Shown here one piece after another: positions 1 through 9,801 of a stretch of DNA of 64,000 nt. The stretch lies in assembly GCA_036338695.1 (NCBI GenBank), contig JAYZBQ010000076.1, forward strand, positions 59,625 to 123,624, written 5' to 3'. This stretch comes from Myxococcota bacterium (lineage in GTDB: Bacteria; Myxococcota; UBA4151). Position numbers and translations under genes: made by a program. The notes below the pieces were generated by a model. The model was given only the letters and a program-made list of their open reading frames with translations. It searched no databases and was not told the DNA's origin. Numbering within the stretch: the first letter of the stretch is position 1; the number at the start of each line of letters is the position of its first letter.

Positions 1-252
1 TACTTGAAGGTGGCGCTCGAGTTTGAGCTGACGGGCGAGAAGTTCAAAGAGCTCGCTGAGGATCGCAAGGGGCGGATCAAGGATCAAGTGATCGAGTTCC
101 TAAGCGATCTAACGGTCGACGATGTGGTCGGCAGTGACAACAAGCAATACATCAAAGAGCGGCTCCTGACCCGGCTGAACCACAGCCTCGAAGGCGAGGC
201 GGGCGGTCCGGTGTTTCGGCGCGTCTTCTTCCCTGAGTTTCTGGTGCAGTAG
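1..252 (+). CDS. fliL: Flagellar basal body protein FliL, C-terminal part (5' end outside the window)
   Basis: RIKDQVIEFLS...IKERLLTRLN...VFFPEFLVQ is a typical FliL C-terminus; directly upstream of fliM. Confidence 0.9.
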   Translation, partial: YLKVALEFELTGEKFKELAEDRKGRIKDQVIEFLSDLTVDDVVGSDNKQYIKERLLTRLNHSLEGEAGGPVFRRVFFPEFLVQ

Positions 253-261
253 GCGTCCAAG

Positions 262-1299
262 GTGTCGGAGCAGATCCTCAGTCAGGACGAGGTCGAAGCC
301 CTCCTCTCGGCGATTAAAAACGACGACGTTCAAGCCAGCGGTGGAACCGGTGAAGCCGGGCAGCCAGCTGATCGGCTCCGGCAAGACGCTGAAGCCATCG
401 ATCTGACGAGCGCCGACCGCACCGCTACGGTGCGCATGCCCAGTCTTGAGATCTTCAATGAGCGCACGGGGATGGCCTTCGGGCAGGTCTTAGAGAGCAC
501 GATCCGGCGCGCCGTGCGTGTCCATCATGACGGCACCGGCCCGATGAAGATGTCGGAGTTTTTGAACTATTTGCCCGTACCCTCATGCCTTAATCTGGTG
601 CGCATCGAACCCTTGTGGGGTGTGTCGCTGCTCGCCGTTGAGGCGCGCTTGCTCTACGCCATGCTCGAAGGTTTTTTCGGCGGGCACGGCTCCGGGCAAC
701 TGCGCACAGAGGCGCATACGTTCACCTCGATCGAGCTGACCTTTGTCAAACGCGTGGTCGAGATTTTCGGCGACAACCTGAGCAAAACCTGGTCGAGCTT
801 TTTGCCCTTTGAGATGAGCTACATCCGGACGGAGTCCAACCCTCAGTACGCCTCGATCGTGCAAGCCAACGACCTGGTCATGGTGACGACCTACAACATC
901 GAGTTGCCCTCCGTACGCGGGAAGGTGCACCTGGCCATCCCCTTCTCGGCGCTCGAGCCCTATAAAAAGGAGCTCGGCGCCGAACTTCAAGTCCAAGCCG
1001 ATGATCGACAGAACGATTGGGCCCAAGCTTTGCAAGAGCAGTTGGGAGAGTTTGTCATCGAGCTTTCAGTGGAGTTAGGGCGCGCTCAGATGACGGTTCG
1101 AGAACTGCTGGCTTTGGAGCCTGGTGCCGTGCTGATGCTGGACCGGCCCGCTGAAGAGCCCCTGGTTCTGACCGTTGAAGGTCGCCCGAAGTATACGGGG
1201 CGCCCTGTCCTCCACCGAAAGCATGTCGGGTTCATGGTGGGTTCCGCTGTGGACGGGGAGGAAGAGCACGATGTCGGAGAAGACCCAAGAGGGGATTGA
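262..1299 (+). CDS. fliM: Flagellar motor switch protein FliM
   Basis: N-terminal CheY-binding ILSQDEVEALL motif, ESNPQY motif, C-terminal SpoA domain. Confidence 0.96.
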   Translation: MSEQILSQDEVEALLSAIKNDDVQASGGTGEAGQPADRLRQDAEAIDLTSADRTATVRMPSLEIFNERTGMAFGQVLESTIRRAVRVHHDGTGPMKMSEFLNYLPVPSCLNLVRIEPLWGVSLLAVEARLLYAMLEGFFGGHGSGQLRTEAHTFTSIELTFVKRVVEIFGDNLSKTWSSFLPFEMSYIRTESNPQYASIVQANDLVMVTTYNIELPSVRGKVHLAIPFSALEPYKKELGAELQVQADDRQNDWAQALQEQLGEFVIELSVELGRAQMTVRELLALEPGAVLMLDRPAEEPLVLTVEGRPKYTGRPVLHRKHVGFMVGSAVDGEEEHDVGEDPRGD

Positions 1300-1549
1300 T
1301 CTCATCCTGGATATCCCGCTGGAGATCAGCGTACGGCTCGGTCGGGCGAAGATGCCCATCCAAGAGTTGATGAGTCTAGCGCCCGGGTCGGTGATCGATC
1401 TGGACAAGCTGAGCGGCGAACCGCTCGATATTCTACTCAACGGGAAGCTGGTCGCACGCGGAGAAGCGGTCGTGGTCAATGATCGCTACGGCGTTCGGCT
1501 CGTCGAGATCATCTCGGCGACCGACCGCATCGCTGGCTTGGGAACGTAG
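1271..1549 (+). CDS. fliN: Flagellar motor switch protein FliN
   Basis: ILDIPLEISVRLG...LVARGEAVVVNDRYGVRL SpoA domain; ATG at 1271 preferred to the ORF-track start 1175. Confidence 0.95.
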   Translation: MSEKTQEGIDLILDIPLEISVRLGRAKMPIQELMSLAPGSVIDLDKLSGEPLDILLNGKLVARGEAVVVNDRYGVRLVEIISATDRIAGLGT

Positions 1550-1554
1550 CGGTT

Positions 1555-2667
1555 ATGCTAACGCTCGTTTTTATCGCCTCGCTGGCGCAGCCGCAGCCGG
1601 GTCAGAAGCTGTTGCGTGCGGACCTTGTTCGCAGCCCAAAGGGCTCGAACTTGGTCCTCGAGTTCGCCAAACCGATCAAGCGCACCAGCGTCCCCATCGT
1701 CCCCGCCGGTCGGCGCCTCGTGCTCCACCTGCCCGGTCCCGTGAGCACGCGGCTCGCAGGCCAGCGTCAAGGGATGGGCGCAGTCTCGTCGGTTACGGCG
1801 CGTCGCGACCGCGTGACGCTGCAGCTCAACCGGCTCGCAAGACCCTTCGCAGACCGAGCGATCGTTCGGGCTAAGGGCACGACCTGGCGTCTGAAAATGG
1901 CGGATCCGACGGTCGAGCGCGACCTCGCCGATATGTTGCTCGGGACCGCCAAAGTGAAAGAGCGTAAACCTTTTGACGCGCTCACTGAGTCAGCTAAGCT
2001 CAGCGAAGCCGCGCAAGAGAAGGTGAACGCCGAAGAGGTCATCGCAGAAGAGCCAGCCAAAGCGGCAGCCGGCCTCGCGGCCGTCGCCGCCGCTGCGCGC
2101 GGTGAGGCGCCACCTGCTGCCCCCACGAATCCACAAACACCCGGCGCCGGCGCGCCGGCGCCCATTGAACCCTCGGGCGACCTCGGTTCCACTGTGCGCG
2201 TGGTCGGCGGGATCGGCCTGGTGCTTATCGGCCTGCTCGGTTGGGTGGCATGGCGCCGCCGGCAGACGCCGATGGAGGAAGCCTTTGGTCTCAGGGTCGT
2301 GTCACGGGCTAAACTCGACACCAAAAGCTCGGTCGCTGTGCTTGAGGTCGGCGGAGCCGTGCTGATCATCGGGCTGAGTGATCAAGGACCGAGGCTGCTC
2401 GCCCGCCTTGATGACGGTCGAACCATGGAGGACGACGACCAAGGAGCTCAAGAGGTCGAGCGGCTGCGCGCCCTGGTCGGGAAGAATCCGGCAGATCGCT
2501 TGGGCGCGTGGGTCACGGCAGCGCAGGGCGGTCGCCCCGAGCCGGCGCAATCGGCGGCGCAGCCTTTACCCGCTGAGCCGGTCGCTGTCTCGACCCCGGC
2601 AGGGCACAACGAGCGTGCGGACCTTCAGCGACGCTTAGCCGAGATCCGACGGGTATGCTCGGACTAA
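1555..2667 (+). CDS. fliO: FliO-like flagellar export protein with a long N-terminal extension
   Basis: Lies between fliN and fliP; one TM helix followed by the FliO-type LRVVSRAKLDTKSSVAVLEVGGAVLIIGLS segment. Confidence 0.8.
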   Translation: MLTLVFIASLAQPQPGQKLLRADLVRSPKGSNLVLEFAKPIKRTSVPIVPAGRRLVLHLPGPVSTRLAGQRQGMGAVSSVTARRDRVTLQLNRLARPFADRAIVRAKGTTWRLKMADPTVERDLADMLLGTAKVKERKPFDALTESAKLSEAAQEKVNAEEVIAEEPAKAAAGLAAVAAAARGEAPPAAPTNPQTPGAGAPAPIEPSGDLGSTVRVVGGIGLVLIGLLGWVAWRRRQTPMEEAFGLRVVSRAKLDTKSSVAVLEVGGAVLIIGLSDQGPRLLARLDDGRTMEDDDQGAQEVERLRALVGKNPADRLGAWVTAAQGGRPEPAQSAAQPLPAEPVAVSTPAGHNERADLQRRLAEIRRVCSD

Positions 2668-3428
2668 TCCAGCACGCCGCTCGCTTCGTCGCGCTCAGTG
2701 TGATTCTCGCCCCTGCGCTTGCGTTCGGTCAGGTCGACGCGCCCACGATTGCGCTGCCCGAGATGAGCATCAAGGTCGGTGGCGGCGACGGCAACCTCGT
2801 CGAGAGCCTCAAGGTCATGGGGCTGCTGACGGTCTTGACCTTGGCGCCGGCGATCATCATCTCGGTGACCAGCTTTACCCGGATCATTATCGTCTTCGGT
2901 TTTTTAAGGACTGCGCTCGGCACGCAGAGCTCGCCCCCGAATCAGGTCTTGGTCAGTTTGGCGCTCTTCCTAACAGCTGCTGTCATGACGCCGGTGGCGT
3001 CAACGATCTGGAATGATGGCATCGTCCCCCACCAAGAGGGGCGCCTGTCAGACGTCGCCTTGCTCGGTGTTGCGACCCAAAATATCCGTGGTTTTCTTTT
3101 GGTTCATACCCGCGATCAAGAGCTCATGACCGTTCATCGGCTGGCGGCTCAAGCCAGACCCAAAGCGCGCGAGGACATCGCCTTTCACCTGCTCGTCCCA
3201 GCCTTTATGCTCAGCGAGCTCAAGGCGGCTTTTCAGATCGGCTTCTTGGTGGCGCTCCCCTTTTTGGTGGTCGACCTCGCCGTAGCGACCCTGCTCATGA
3301 GCATGGGCATGATGATGCTGCCGCCGGTCATGATCTCGCTGCCGTTTAAGGTGCTTATCTTCCTACTCGCTGACGGCTGGAATCTGGTGGTCGTCAACCT
3401 CGCCCGCAGCTTCGGGATGGAGGTCTAA
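2655..3428 (+). CDS. fliP: Flagellar export gate protein FliP
   Basis: TSFTRIIIV, ALGTQSSPPNQVL, PAFMLSEL, MGMMMLPP motifs. Confidence 0.97.
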   Translation: MLGLIQHAARFVALSVILAPALAFGQVDAPTIALPEMSIKVGGGDGNLVESLKVMGLLTVLTLAPAIIISVTSFTRIIIVFGFLRTALGTQSSPPNQVLVSLALFLTAAVMTPVASTIWNDGIVPHQEGRLSDVALLGVATQNIRGFLLVHTRDQELMTVHRLAAQARPKAREDIAFHLLVPAFMLSELKAAFQIGFLVALPFLVVDLAVATLLMSMGMMMLPPVMISLPFKVLIFLLADGWNLVVVNLARSFGMEV

Positions 3429-3700
3429 TGGACGGGGCGACGGTCTCAGTGGCGCTGAGTCAAATGGTTGACGTCTCGATGCAGGTGGCGGGACCCTACC
3501 TCCTCGTTGGGCTCGTCGTCGGGCTGATCATGAGCCTGTTTCAGGCGCTGACTCAGCTGCAGGAGCCTTCACTTGTTTTCGTTCCAAAGGTTCTAGCGAT
3601 CGTGGTGCTCATGGGGTTAATCGGCGCATGGACCAGCGACGTGATGGTGCGCTACACGGTCAATATGTTTGACCTGTTCGGCGCCACGCTCGCGCCCTGA
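3428..3700 (+). CDS. fliQ: Flagellar export protein FliQ
   Basis: FQALTQLQEPSLVFVPK motif, 90 aa. Confidence 0.95.
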   Translation: MDGATVSVALSQMVDVSMQVAGPYLLVGLVVGLIMSLFQALTQLQEPSLVFVPKVLAIVVLMGLIGAWTSDVMVRYTVNMFDLFGATLAP

Positions 3701-4446
3701 TGGGGTTGCCGTGGATGCAACCGGAATGGTTGCTCGGGTTTGGCGTGATCATGGTTCGCCTGATCGCGTTTCTTGCCGTCTTACCCACCTTCCCGGGGAG
3801 CGCTTTTGGGCTGCGCATGCGAGGCATCATCGCTTTGTGGTTGGCGTGGTTGTTTCAGCTCGCCTCGCCGCTCGAGGTGGTCGATGTGGGGATGTCTTGG
3901 GCGGTCTACGAGCTGACCGCCTCGGCCTGCATCGGCGTGGTGCTCGGGTATACCGTGCGTCTGTCCCTCGATGCGCTGCATTTTGCCGGTGAGATCTTAG
4001 GGATCAACATTGGCTTAGGCTTAGCTGGGGTGGTCGACCCGAACACGGGGACCCGAGAGAACCCGGTCAGTCGCTTGCTCGTCATGGCCGGCGCGGTGGT
4101 CTTGCTGACGCTCGATCTGCACCTCGGGATCCTCGAGCTGCTGCGTCAGAGCTTTTCTTGGCAACCCCACGTCGACTTATGGATGTACGGACCGCGCGCG
4201 GGCGCCCGTATGATCGAGGAGGGGGTTCGGTTCGGCTTGCCGGTGGTCGGTGGCGCCACCTTGCTGTACCTGCTCTTCGGTGTCTTGGCGCGCGTGGCGC
4301 CGCAGATTCAGATCTTTCAGATCGCCTACAGCGTGACCATTTTAGGGGGGCTTTTCATCCTCTACCTTGAGGTCCCTCAGCTCCCGGCGCTCGTGGAGAG
4401 CTTCTTGCAGTCTCACCTGGACGCCCTTGCGTTGTTGGTCCGCTGA
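3700..4446 (+). CDS. fliR: Flagellar export protein FliR
   Basis: Polytopic; AGEILGINIGLG...DP and RVAPQIQIF motifs; follows fliQ. Confidence 0.93.
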   Translation: MGLPWMQPEWLLGFGVIMVRLIAFLAVLPTFPGSAFGLRMRGIIALWLAWLFQLASPLEVVDVGMSWAVYELTASACIGVVLGYTVRLSLDALHFAGEILGINIGLGLAGVVDPNTGTRENPVSRLLVMAGAVVLLTLDLHLGILELLRQSFSWQPHVDLWMYGPRAGARMIEEGVRFGLPVVGGATLLYLLFGVLARVAPQIQIFQIAYSVTILGGLFILYLEVPQLPALVESFLQSHLDALALLVR

Positions 4447-4487
4447 GCGAGTGGAGCGGCTGACGCGAGGCGCCGAGAGGGGCTGCG

Positions 4488-5573
4488 GTGGCTGAAGAGG
4501 ACAAAGACTCAAAAACTGAGATGCCGACGCCTCAGAAGATTGAGGACGCCCGCAAGAAGGGGCAGGTCGCCTTCAGCCGTGAGGTGGGCTCGGTAGTCAT
4601 CGTTTTTGGCGGAGCGCTCGCCTTTTTGGCTTTTGGGCGTTCGCTCGCCAAGGGGGTGATCGAGCTCACCGAGATCGCCTACCATCGCATCGCACAGCCC
4701 AACGCGCCGCTCGGCGACCTCGTGATGGACCTAGCGCTGCTGGTGGGGATTCCGCTGGCGGGGATCATGATCTTTCTCGGGCTGTTGTTGTTCGCCGCCA
4801 GCTTTGCGCAGGTGGGGGCGCTGGTGGCTTGGGAGGCGATCAAGCCTGACATCAACAAGCTCAACCCGATCAAAAAAGCCAAACAGATGTACTTCAGCGT
4901 TCAAGGGTTCGCCGATTTCGTCAAAGCGCTGCTCAAGATCGTCGGGCTCGGCTTTGTGGGGTATCTCGTGCTCCGGAGCCGATTTTATGAGCTACCGTCA
5001 ATTATTTGGATGCACCCGGCGGAAGGTCTGGGGAAGGTCGGCGAGATCGCCTTGTTTCTGGTCTTCTCGGTCGCTGCCTTGCTCGCAATCATCGCAACGA
5101 TCGACGTGTTTTATGTGCGCTGGAAGTACACGCGCGACCTGATGATGAGCTTGCGCGATATCCGCGACGAGACCAAAGGGCGAGAGGGCTCTCCTGAGGT
5201 CCGAAGCAAGCGCCGTCAAAAGCAGGTCGAGATGAGCCAACAACGCTTAGGTTCGACGGTTCCGACCGCTGATGTCGTCGTGACCAACCCGACGCACTTC
5301 GCGGTGGCGATCAAGTACGACATGTCCGCAGATGGGGCGCCGATGGTGGTCGCTAAGGGGACCGATAAGGTGGCGTTTAAGATCCGCTCGATCGCGCGTG
5401 AGCACGGCGTCGCAGTGGTCGAGAACCGTTATCTGGCAAGAATCTTGTACGCAAAGGTTCGTGTCGGCGCCGAGATCCCCGAGTCCCTTTGGAAAGCGGT
5501 GGCGGAGGTCCTCAAGCAGGTCGACCACATTCGCCGTCGCGTGCTGCGCCGCAGCGCCCGACCAGGAGGCTAA
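4488..5573 (+). CDS. flhB: Flagellar export specificity switch FlhB
   Basis: KTEMPTPQK..ARKKGQV N-terminus and TNPTH autocleavage motif. Confidence 0.96.
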   Translation: MAEEDKDSKTEMPTPQKIEDARKKGQVAFSREVGSVVIVFGGALAFLAFGRSLAKGVIELTEIAYHRIAQPNAPLGDLVMDLALLVGIPLAGIMIFLGLLLFAASFAQVGALVAWEAIKPDINKLNPIKKAKQMYFSVQGFADFVKALLKIVGLGFVGYLVLRSRFYELPSIIWMHPAEGLGKVGEIALFLVFSVAALLAIIATIDVFYVRWKYTRDLMMSLRDIRDETKGREGSPEVRSKRRQKQVEMSQQRLGSTVPTADVVVTNPTHFAVAIKYDMSADGAPMVVAKGTDKVAFKIRSIAREHGVAVVENRYLARILYAKVRVGAEIPESLWKAVAEVLKQVDHIRRRVLRRSARPGG

Positions 5574-7646
5574 ATGGACAACCTGCAGCGAGACCGAGGA
5601 AACGCCATCGCCGCCTTCGGGATGATGGGCGTCATTTTGTTGCTGATCCTGCCGCTGCCTGCGGCGGTCTTGGACATTATGCTGGCCTTGAGCATCTCCA
5701 TCGCCTTGGTGGTGCTGGTGGCGTCGCTGTATGTCGAGCGACCCGCCGATTTTACGGTCTTTCCTGCGCTGCTGCTGGCGACGACGCTGTTTCGGCTAGC
5801 GCTCAACGTGGGCTCGACGCGCCTGATCCTGCTCAAAGGGAACGAAGGGCCGGGCGCTGCGGGCGATGTGATCGCCACCTTCGGGACCTTTGTTGTTGGC
5901 GGCAATTATGTCGTCGGGATGATCATCTTCCTGATCTTAGTGATCATCAACTTCATGGTGGTCACCAAGGGTGCCGGCCGCATCGCTGAGGTGGCGGCGC
6001 GCTTCACCTTGGACGCCATGCCCGGAAAGCAGATGGCGATCGACGCCGACCTCGGCGCCGGGATGATCGACGAGACCGAGGCGCGCAAACGGCGCGAGGC
6101 GGTGGCGCAAGAGGCTGACTTTTACGGCGCGATGGACGGCGCCTCTAAGTTCGTTCGAGGCGACGCGATCGCCGGCCTTTTGATCACTGCGATCAACATC
6201 GTCGCCGGCTTGATTATCGGTGTCGGGCAGCAGGGCATGGAGCTCAGCGCGGCGGCATCGAATTATACCATTTTGACGATCGGCGATGGGCTCGTCTCTC
6301 AGATGCCTGCGCTGCTGATCTCGGTCGCAGCCGGTATCGTGGTGTCGCGTGCGGGCTCGAAGCAGGTCATCAGCGCTGAGGTGCAGGATCAGCTCTTCAA
6401 TCACGCCGGAAAGCTGAACGTGGTGGCGGTGGTGATCGTCTTGCTGGCGCTGATCCCCGGTATGCCGACCTTCAGCTTCTTGATGCTCGCCGGGGGCGTG
6501 GCCTTTGCTGCGAATCAGATCCGGATCAAGCGAAAGGCTGCTGAGGAAGAGGGGCTCACGCTCGAGCGGATTGAGGACAAGGGGTTGTCGGAGCGTCAGC
6601 GCTTGGAGCGGCTGCTCCCGCTTGACGCGATCGCGCTCGAGGTCAGCTTTCCGCTCGTGCCGCTGGTCGATGCGCAGCGAGACGGCGACCTGCTCGACAG
6701 GATCCAAGCGGTTCGAAAACAGATCGCGCTGCAGTATGGGATCATCCTCCCTCAGGTGCATATTCGTGACAATATTGAGCTCGAAGGCGGCGTCTACCGA
6801 GTGCTCGTTAAGGGCGTCTCGGTGGCTGAGGGGCTGGTGCGCTACGGGCAGTACCTCGGCATGGACCCAGGGACCGTGTTCGACCCGATGGACGGTGAGA
6901 AGACCACCGAGCCTGCCTTTGGCCTTGAGGCGATCTGGGTGCCCGCTGAGGATCGAGACGACGCCGAGCTGCGCGGTTACACGGTCGTCGACTGCTCGAC
7001 GGTGATCGCCACACACCTGACGGAGGTGGTCAAGGCGCACATCGACGAGCTCTTCGGCGACAGCGAGATCGACGACGTGTTACGCATCACGGCCGAACAC
7101 AGCCCTAAACTCGTGGAGGACCTGATCCCAGCGAAGTTGAGCCGCGGTGAGCTGTTACGGGTAATGCGGAACCTGCTGCGGGAAGGGGTCTCGGTGCGCG
7201 ATATGCGCACGGTGCTCGAGACCCTCGCTGATCGCATCCATGAGACCAAGAACACTGATATCCTAGCTGAGTACGTGCGCTATCGCTTGGGGTCGGCCAT
7301 CTGCTCTGAGCTCGCTGATGATGCGCTGCAGATCCAAGGTCTGGTGCTCGACGGGGTGGCGAGCCAGGCGATCCGCGAGAGCCTGACGGCGATCGATTCC
7401 GAGGTTCATGTGGGCTTACAGCCCAATGCGGCACGCGGCTTGCTTTCTAACCTATCGGATCAAATGGAGCAGTTTGTAGTGAGTGGTCGACAGCCTGTGC
7501 TCGTGGTTCCTGCAGAGATTCGCCGCCCCGTGCGCGACTTTCTCGCCCGCCACCTCGGGATGCTGACCGTCCTGTCGCATCGAGAGATCCCGTCGCGCTA
7601 CCGCCTTGAGGCGGTCGGTGAGGTGGGGCTGCAAGCGGCGGCGTGA
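5574..7646 (+). CDS. flhA: Flagellar export protein FlhA
   Basis: FHIPEP signature RIAEVAARFTLDAMPGKQMAIDADL and FYGAMDGASKFVRGDAIAG. Confidence 0.97.
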   Translation: MDNLQRDRGNAIAAFGMMGVILLLILPLPAAVLDIMLALSISIALVVLVASLYVERPADFTVFPALLLATTLFRLALNVGSTRLILLKGNEGPGAAGDVIATFGTFVVGGNYVVGMIIFLILVIINFMVVTKGAGRIAEVAARFTLDAMPGKQMAIDADLGAGMIDETEARKRREAVAQEADFYGAMDGASKFVRGDAIAGLLITAINIVAGLIIGVGQQGMELSAAASNYTILTIGDGLVSQMPALLISVAAGIVVSRAGSKQVISAEVQDQLFNHAGKLNVVAVVIVLLALIPGMPTFSFLMLAGGVAFAANQIRIKRKAAEEEGLTLERIEDKGLSERQRLERLLPLDAIALEVSFPLVPLVDAQRDGDLLDRIQAVRKQIALQYGIILPQVHIRDNIELEGGVYRVLVKGVSVAEGLVRYGQYLGMDPGTVFDPMDGEKTTEPAFGLEAIWVPAEDRDDAELRGYTVVDCSTVIATHLTEVVKAHIDELFGDSEIDDVLRITAEHSPKLVEDLIPAKLSRGELLRVMRNLLREGVSVRDMRTVLETLADRIHETKNTDILAEYVRYRLGSAICSELADDALQIQGLVLDGVASQAIRESLTAIDSEVHVGLQPNAARGLLSNLSDQMEQFVVSGRQPVLVVPAEIRRPVRDFLARHLGMLTVLSHREIPSRYRLEAVGEVGLQAAA

Positions 7647-7657
7647 TCGGTTAGCGG

Positions 7658-8917
7658 ATGAAAGTACAGACCTACACAGCGACGACCATCAAGGATGCCC
7701 TGCGGCAGGTCCGTGAGCAGCACGGACCGGACGCAGTGATCCTCGAGACACGACAGAAAGGTGACGGTTCACGCACCTGGCACGAGGTCTCCGTGGCGCC
7801 CGCAGGTGCTAAGCCAGAGGCTGTCAAGCCGCTGTTCGAGGAGCCAAAGCCGGTCAACGGTCGCTATGGGCCGAAGGCTTATGCCCGTCAGATGGATGAC
7901 GCCACGGCGGCGACCAGCGCACCCAAGACCACGCTCACCCCAGCGCCGGCGATCGATGACGAGCTCAAGGCGCTGCGTCATGAGATCCGGCGGGTCGCCT
8001 CGTTGCATCAACCGCAGGTCGACCCGGTCGACCAGGCGCTCAGGACGTTTGGGCGCTCGTTCGAGCGGGGCCTCGAAGAGACCCGAGACCTCCTTCGGGC
8101 GCTCCTGAGCGAGACCCGGGCGCAGACAGAGATGGGGTTTGAGCCCGCTCAAGCCAAGCTGTACACATTGCTGACGCACAACGGCGTCGAGGATCTGCTC
8201 GCCGAGGAGTTAGTGCGTGGGCTCGACGCTTCCGAGGGCGGCGCGATCGATCTGCGGCGCCAGCTCGCTGAGCGGCTGCTCGGGCGGGTGCGCACGGCTG
8301 CGCCGCTGGCGACACGCCGAGGGCGCCAGGTCGTCGGGTTCTTCGGACCGACAGGGGTCGGGAAGACCACGACGATCGCAAAGATCGCCGCTGACGCCTC
8401 CATCCGCTACGGTCGTAAGGTCGGCTTGATTACGAGCGACACGTACCGGATCGCTGCGGTGGAGCAGCTCGCCGCTTATGCCGATATTTTGGAGCTGCCG
8501 CTCGAGGTGGCGCAGGGGAAAGAGGAGCTCGCCAAGCGGCTCCGGTCGATGAAGACCTGCGACCTGGTGCTCGTCGATACGGCGGGGCGTAACCCCAAAG
8601 ACGATCAGGCGGTCGCTCAGATGGCGGATGACCTCAGCCCCGAGCTGATCCCAACGCGGATGCTTTGCGTCGCCGCTGGGACCAACCCTCGGACGCTCGC
8701 CGAGGTGCTGCGCGCGTTCAAGCCGGTGGGAGTCAGCGAGTTGACGATAACGAAGATGGATGAGTGCGTCGGTCACGGATCGATGCTAAACGCTCATCTA
8801 AGGACCGGCTACCCGCTGACCTACTACACGACCGGCCAGCGAGTCCCTGAGGACATCGAGGCGGCGAGTGCAGAGCGCTTAGTGCGGTTAGTCCTCGAAC
8901 AGTGGGTGGTAGGATGA
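7658..8917 (+). CDS. flhF: Flagellar biosynthesis SRP-type GTPase FlhF
   Basis: GPTGVGKTTTIAKIAA, DTYRIAAVEQL, DTAGR, TKMDE, GQRVPEDI. Confidence 0.96.
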   Translation: MKVQTYTATTIKDALRQVREQHGPDAVILETRQKGDGSRTWHEVSVAPAGAKPEAVKPLFEEPKPVNGRYGPKAYARQMDDATAATSAPKTTLTPAPAIDDELKALRHEIRRVASLHQPQVDPVDQALRTFGRSFERGLEETRDLLRALLSETRAQTEMGFEPAQAKLYTLLTHNGVEDLLAEELVRGLDASEGGAIDLRRQLAERLLGRVRTAAPLATRRGRQVVGFFGPTGVGKTTTIAKIAADASIRYGRKVGLITSDTYRIAAVEQLAAYADILELPLEVAQGKEELAKRLRSMKTCDLVLVDTAGRNPKDDQAVAQMADDLSPELIPTRMLCVAAGTNPRTLAEVLRAFKPVGVSELTITKMDECVGHGSMLNAHLRTGYPLTYYTTGQRVPEDIEAASAERLVRLVLEQWVVG

Positions 8918-9801
8918 GCTCGGATCAAGCGAAGACCCTCAGGGATCTGCGTCAGCAAGCTGACGCGCGCCGCCGCACGGGCCAGACGGACGTGCCGAGC
9001 ACCCGCGTGATCGCCGTGACGTCCGGAAAGGGCGGCGTGGGCAAGACCAACTGCGTCGCAAACCTTGCGGTGGAGCTCAGCCGGCGCGGGCGTAAGGTGT
9101 TGATCCTCGACGCGGACCTTGGGCTGGCCAACGTCGATATTTTGCTAGGCCTCGCGCCCAACGGTCACCTCGGCGATGTGCTGTCCGGTATCCGGGAGAT
9201 CGGTGAGATCATCCTGCACGGTCCCGAGGGCGTTGATCTGCTTCCGGCGGCGTCCGGGATCGCTGAGGTGACGGCGCTCTCGGAGGCGCAGAAGGCGCGC
9301 CTGAAGATGGCGCTTGAGCGCCTGCGGGACAGCTACGACACGCTGCTGGTCGACACCGGCGCTGGGATCAGCTCCAACGTGATCTATTTCGCCGGCGCTG
9401 CCCAAGACGTCGTGGTCGTCGTGACGCCTGAGCCGACGGCCTTGGCGGACGCTTACGCAGTGATCAAAGTGCTCAGGAACCGCCGTAAGGTTCGACGGTT
9501 CCAGCTGCTCGTCAACCAGGTGCACCAAGTCAGTGCAGCCGAGGCTGTTCATGAGCGGCTGCTGCGTGTCGCCGAGCGCTTCTTGGACGTCGAGATCAAC
9601 TTGCTCGGGCATATCTACGCCGACTCGGCGGTGCAGCGAGCGGTGATGGAGCAAGGACCGCTGGTCCAGCTCTACCCGACCGCTCCAGCGGCGCGTTGCT
9701 TCGCTCAGATCGCCCAGCGGCTCGACATGTTGCCGCCGCCGATGCGTGACGGGGCGGTCGATCGGTTCTGGGATCATCTGCTCAAGGCGGAGGGCGCATG
9801 A
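8914..9801 (+). CDS. flhG: MinD-like flagellar number regulator FlhG/FleN
   Basis: DQA N-terminal motif, SGKGGVGKT deviant Walker A, DADLGLANVD; ATGA overlap with flhF stop. Confidence 0.95.
   Translation: MSSDQAKTLRDLRQQADARRRTGQTDVPSTRVIAVTSGKGGVGKTNCVANLAVELSRRGRKVLILDADLGLANVDILLGLAPNGHLGDVLSGIREIGEIILHGPEGVDLLPAASGIAEVTALSEAQKARLKMALERLRDSYDTLLVDTGAGISSNVIYFAGAAQDVVVVVTPEPTALADAYAVIKVLRNRRKVRRFQLLVNQVHQVSAAEAVHERLLRVAERFLDVEINLLGHIYADSAVQRAVMEQGPLVQLYPTAPAARCFAQIAQRLDMLPPPMRDGAVDRFWDHLLKAEGA

Noticed and set aside
5937..7040. 367-aa minus-strand ORF
   Set aside because: Antisense shadow of flhA
2655..7646. Non-flagellar type III injectisome
   Set aside because: Export genes sit among rod, ring, hook-junction, flagellin, flhF/flhG and fliA genes; no secretin or needle gene seen
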